Shown: positions 60,396 to 64,000 of the stretch, piece by piece | How the letters are laid out: the number at the start of each line of letters is the position of its first letter | How positions within the stretch are numbered: position 1 is the stretch's first letter | Assembly (NCBI GenBank): GCA_951406725.2 | Contig: OX597819.1 | Location: 126,418,001-126,482,000, forward strand | From: Octopus vulgaris | Lineage: Eukaryota | Length of the DNA stretch: 64,000 nt | Reading direction: 5' to 3' | Program-made: the position numbers and the translations under genes | Notes under the pieces: generated by a model | The model's input: only the letters and a program-made list of their open reading frames with translations | The model's database searches: none | What the model was told of the DNA's origin: nothing

Positions 60396-62519
60396 GACAA
60401 CAAATGAGTGTGACCTCGATATTAGTTGAATAGGGGAATTCATATATGTAGAGTTTAGGACAATCAGTAAGTTGTCGTAAAAGGACTCAGAGTTTCAAAT
60501 GCCGGACCTAAGAGCTACGATGCATTCTCATCGACTATTAATTGCAATAGACGCTATGAAAAATTTGAATAAAAGGGAAGTTGCTCTAATTTTTAGGAAA
60601 AATATAAAAGATAAAAAATATACGCAGCCATATTCTCACAATACATAGACATAAAAACCTCCTGCGTTCATAACGTCTACATACCTACACACTCACACAA
60701 ACATGTATATGTACATGCCCATACACACACAAACATATATGTACATTCACATACTCATAAACATATCCATTCACACACGCAAACAAACATACACTCACAC
60801 ACACACATATATTATATAATGATATAAATAATATATAAATATATGCATATATACATATATGTACATACCTACATCTATATGTATATATATATACATGCAT
60901 ATATGTGTACAGGGCATCAAAAAAACGTTGAACACAATGAGAAACGAAAACATATTTTCGGACAACGAAAAAAAAAGCAAACAGAGAAACGAGACATGCA
61001 ACATAAAAAATATTCCCCTTCTTCAGTTGTCCCTTTTTCAACTACTCCACGTTTATATGCAAGCAACTTCATCCCCATATACACACAGCTTAAATATATA
61101 TTATACATATAAATACACGCAAACACATACACACACACACACACACACATATTTACGTATATATGCATGTAATTTCATCCCCATATATATATATATATAT
61201 ATATATATACATGTGTGTGTGTGTTTCTGTCTGTGTTTGTCCACCACAACCGCTTGACAGCTGGTGTTGGGTTGTCTACATCCCCTTAACTTAACGGTTC
61301 GGCAAAAGATACCGATAGGATAAGTACCAGGCTTAAAAGATAAAAAAATATTTACTGGGTCGATTCATTCGGCTAAAAAGTTTTCGAGATGGTGCTCCAG
61401 CTTGGCCGCAGTATAAGATAATAAAAAGTAGAAGACAAAAGATATCCGAAGAAAATGAAAAAAGAAAGAAGAATGTCGTTGGCAGAACAGTTTCCAGAAT
61501 AGCTTTATTCAAGTGGAACTGACCTGGGGCTAAAAAGCATCAATAACCATTCCGTTACGGACCCTGTCTTTTACTATCTGCCTCTTCTATCGCATGCACA
61601 ACTTTGTTCAACGCATTCCTCAGTTTTCCTTCGTTACATCAATTCGCCCTACTCCCACGTTATCACATCCTCAGTCAAAAATATTTCCTATAGATGTCGA
61701 CCTACAGAAACTGAAGCTGAATATAAATTATATTGATCTCCTTGATCTTGGATAGGCATCAAAGGTCAAGGGCAGTGCCCCTCCTCTACTTCCTGCTAAT
61801 TAATTAAAAAAAAAATGTGTAACTATGGAAATGCGTACAGATGATTTATCGTTTGTTTAAACAAGGAAATATTACTTCGTATAGTAATCAATACTACAGT
61901 AACCATTCAGTTATTTACAACAGTTTTATACGTTTACGAACGCAGATATGCGTATGGATGAATACACTCGCCCGTGCGCACACACACACACACGCATACA
62001 CACATATATACATATGCGAGTGTGTATGCTCACATACACAAAACAAACACATGCACACACAGAAACAAACGCATACACACACACACAAATACGGAATTTC
62101 CCATAAATCAGGCGGTATTTAACCGTTAATATAATGTTAAACTATGCTTTACCTATTGAACGCATAATGAGTATACGTGCGAACATATCACATTACCGAG
62201 ATTGCAAATAAAATTATTGCGTTAGGTTAGAATACGACTGCCTGCTCATGGATCGTGATTTCAATCCCAAGGTTGGTCATCTGGACTTTCATCTTATTTT
62301 TTATACTGGAATTAATGAAAAATAGCGCCGTCGGTTACAGGTTTACAACAGGCCAACATCTGAGCTCTCTATTTCCGACGCTGATGGTAATTAGTGAATG
62401 TTTGTAACTCGGTAGTCAACAAACATGCAGACACCTTCGCTTGAAAAGCACCGGCGTCTTGGTCTTCTCCTTTGTCCAGCTGTAGAAACGTTAGAGAGAT
62501 AAAGTGAAAGATAGATATA

Positions 62520-62905
62520 GATCGTGGCACTCCGTCGGTTACGACGACGAGGGTTCCAGTTGATCTAACGAACGGAAAAGCCTGCTCGTGAAATTAACGT
62601 GCAATAGGCTGAGCACTCCGCAGACACGTGTGCTCTTAACGTAGTTCTCAGCGAGATTCAGCGTGACACAGAGAGTGACATGGCTGGCCCTTTGAAATAC
62701 AGGTACAACAGAAACAGGAAGAAAGCGTGAGAGAAAGTTGTGGTGAAAGAGTACAGCATGGTTCACCACCACCCCCTGCCGGAGCCTCATGGAGTTTTAG
62801 GTGTTTTCGCTGAATAAACACTCACAACGCCCGGTCTGGGAATCGAAACAGTGATCCTACGACCGCGAGTCCGCAGCCTTAACTACTGGGCCATTGCGCC
62901 TCCAC
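62520..62905 (-). mobile_element. SINE family C, tail type 4
   Basis: Same head/body; tail GTACCTGTATTTCAAAGGGCCAGCC...GACGGAGTGCCACGAT. A decayed copy of this tail lies at about 25935-26055. Confidence 0.85.
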
Positions 62906-63036
62906 ATACAAATCGAAATGTTGTAATTACGGTCAACTTTTTACTTCTAAAAATCAAGAATTAATTACTCTACTAAAAAGTACAGAATAATCCTTCAGTT
63001 TAACGTTAAATTGCTTTTTTTAATATATATAACACG

Positions 63037-63087
<51 letters not shown>

Positions 63088-63245
63088 ATACATATATACA
63101 CCATAGTAAGCACATAAATGCGAAACAAGGTGGAAAATAAATTTTACTCCAATACCAGGCGTATATGTTTTTTAATAAAGTATATATATACATATATATA
63201 TATGTATATATGTATATATATATGTATATATATATATACATATAC

Positions 63246-63281
<36 letters not shown>

Positions 63282-63730
63282 CTATATATATATATACATA
63301 TATATATACATATATACATACATATATACATATATATATGTATATATATAAATGGATGTGTATATTTTAGATAGATATATATAAATGGATGTGTGTATTT
63401 TTTCATTGTTTACATACCTTTAGTTCATATAAGTGATATCTACCATTATATATAATTTGAACATTGATTTTCTTCTCACATTTCAATTCCACTAGATATA
63501 TCTTTTTCCAAGCCTTTAAGCTTTTATTTTAATTCCCATATCGCTCTATATTTCTCCTTTATTAGTTTTCTGCTTATTTCTTTCCTTTACCCCTTCTCTT
63601 TCTATAGGCTACCTTTGGCGTTTTATCTTCTAACGGTTTTTATTAAAATAACTTAATAGCGTTCCGTTCATCATTATACACATCTAACACATTCTGTTAT
63701 AATGTCTTACTGATGAAGTTTGGTTTCCTT

Positions 63731-63818
63731 CTTTTCCTGATGAGACGATTAAATTGTTTTACACCATTTTATTCCTTTGGAATAATACCAATGTTGTCTT
63801 CGAAACATATGTCGGAAG
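63731..63818 (+). ncRNA. Type I hammerhead motif with an intact core and palindromic stem III
   Basis: TTTC-CTGATGA-GAC...TTATTCC-TTT-GGAATAA...GTCTTC-GAA-ACATATGT-C-GGAA; GUC triplet. Confidence 0.68.
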
Positions 63819-63862
63819 TAAAATAATTTGAATAACAGCTGCGTTTAACTCCATTTATTTAT

Positions 63863-63934
<72 letters not shown>

Positions 63935-64000
63935 ACACATACACACACACACACATATATGTATGTATGTGTGTGCGTGTGTCTGTGTAATATATATGTA

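Overview
AT-rich, repeat-saturated animal genomic DNA. The SINE families and microsatellite load suggest a coleoid cephalopod, most likely Octopus (inference). Only one credible host coding exon is visible: 36158-36473 (+), a GC-rich polyalanine N-terminal exon ending at an AAG|GTAAAT donor, typical of a developmental transcription factor. No compatible second exon was found. Nearly all other ORFs in the track are microsatellite or SINE artefacts. The rest comprises three tRNA-headed SINE families, a decayed DD37D (maT-type Tc1/mariner) transposase, a decayed RTE LINE with nested SINEs, and many short non-coding elements in or next to (TA)n tracts. The main signals are: (1) about a dozen type-I hammerhead-ribozyme-like folds in several short Penelope-like/retrozyme-type families, some with covarying stems and family-wide non-canonical cores, one with an empty paralogous site and an 11-bp TSD; (2) SINE dimers and a trimer that always join at the same point, just 3' of the loop of an extended anticodon hairpin; (3) one SINE head/body fused to four different 3' tails, one tail type always flanked by the TSD AACAGCAACAACA. 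All structures were read by eye; no folding or database search was run.
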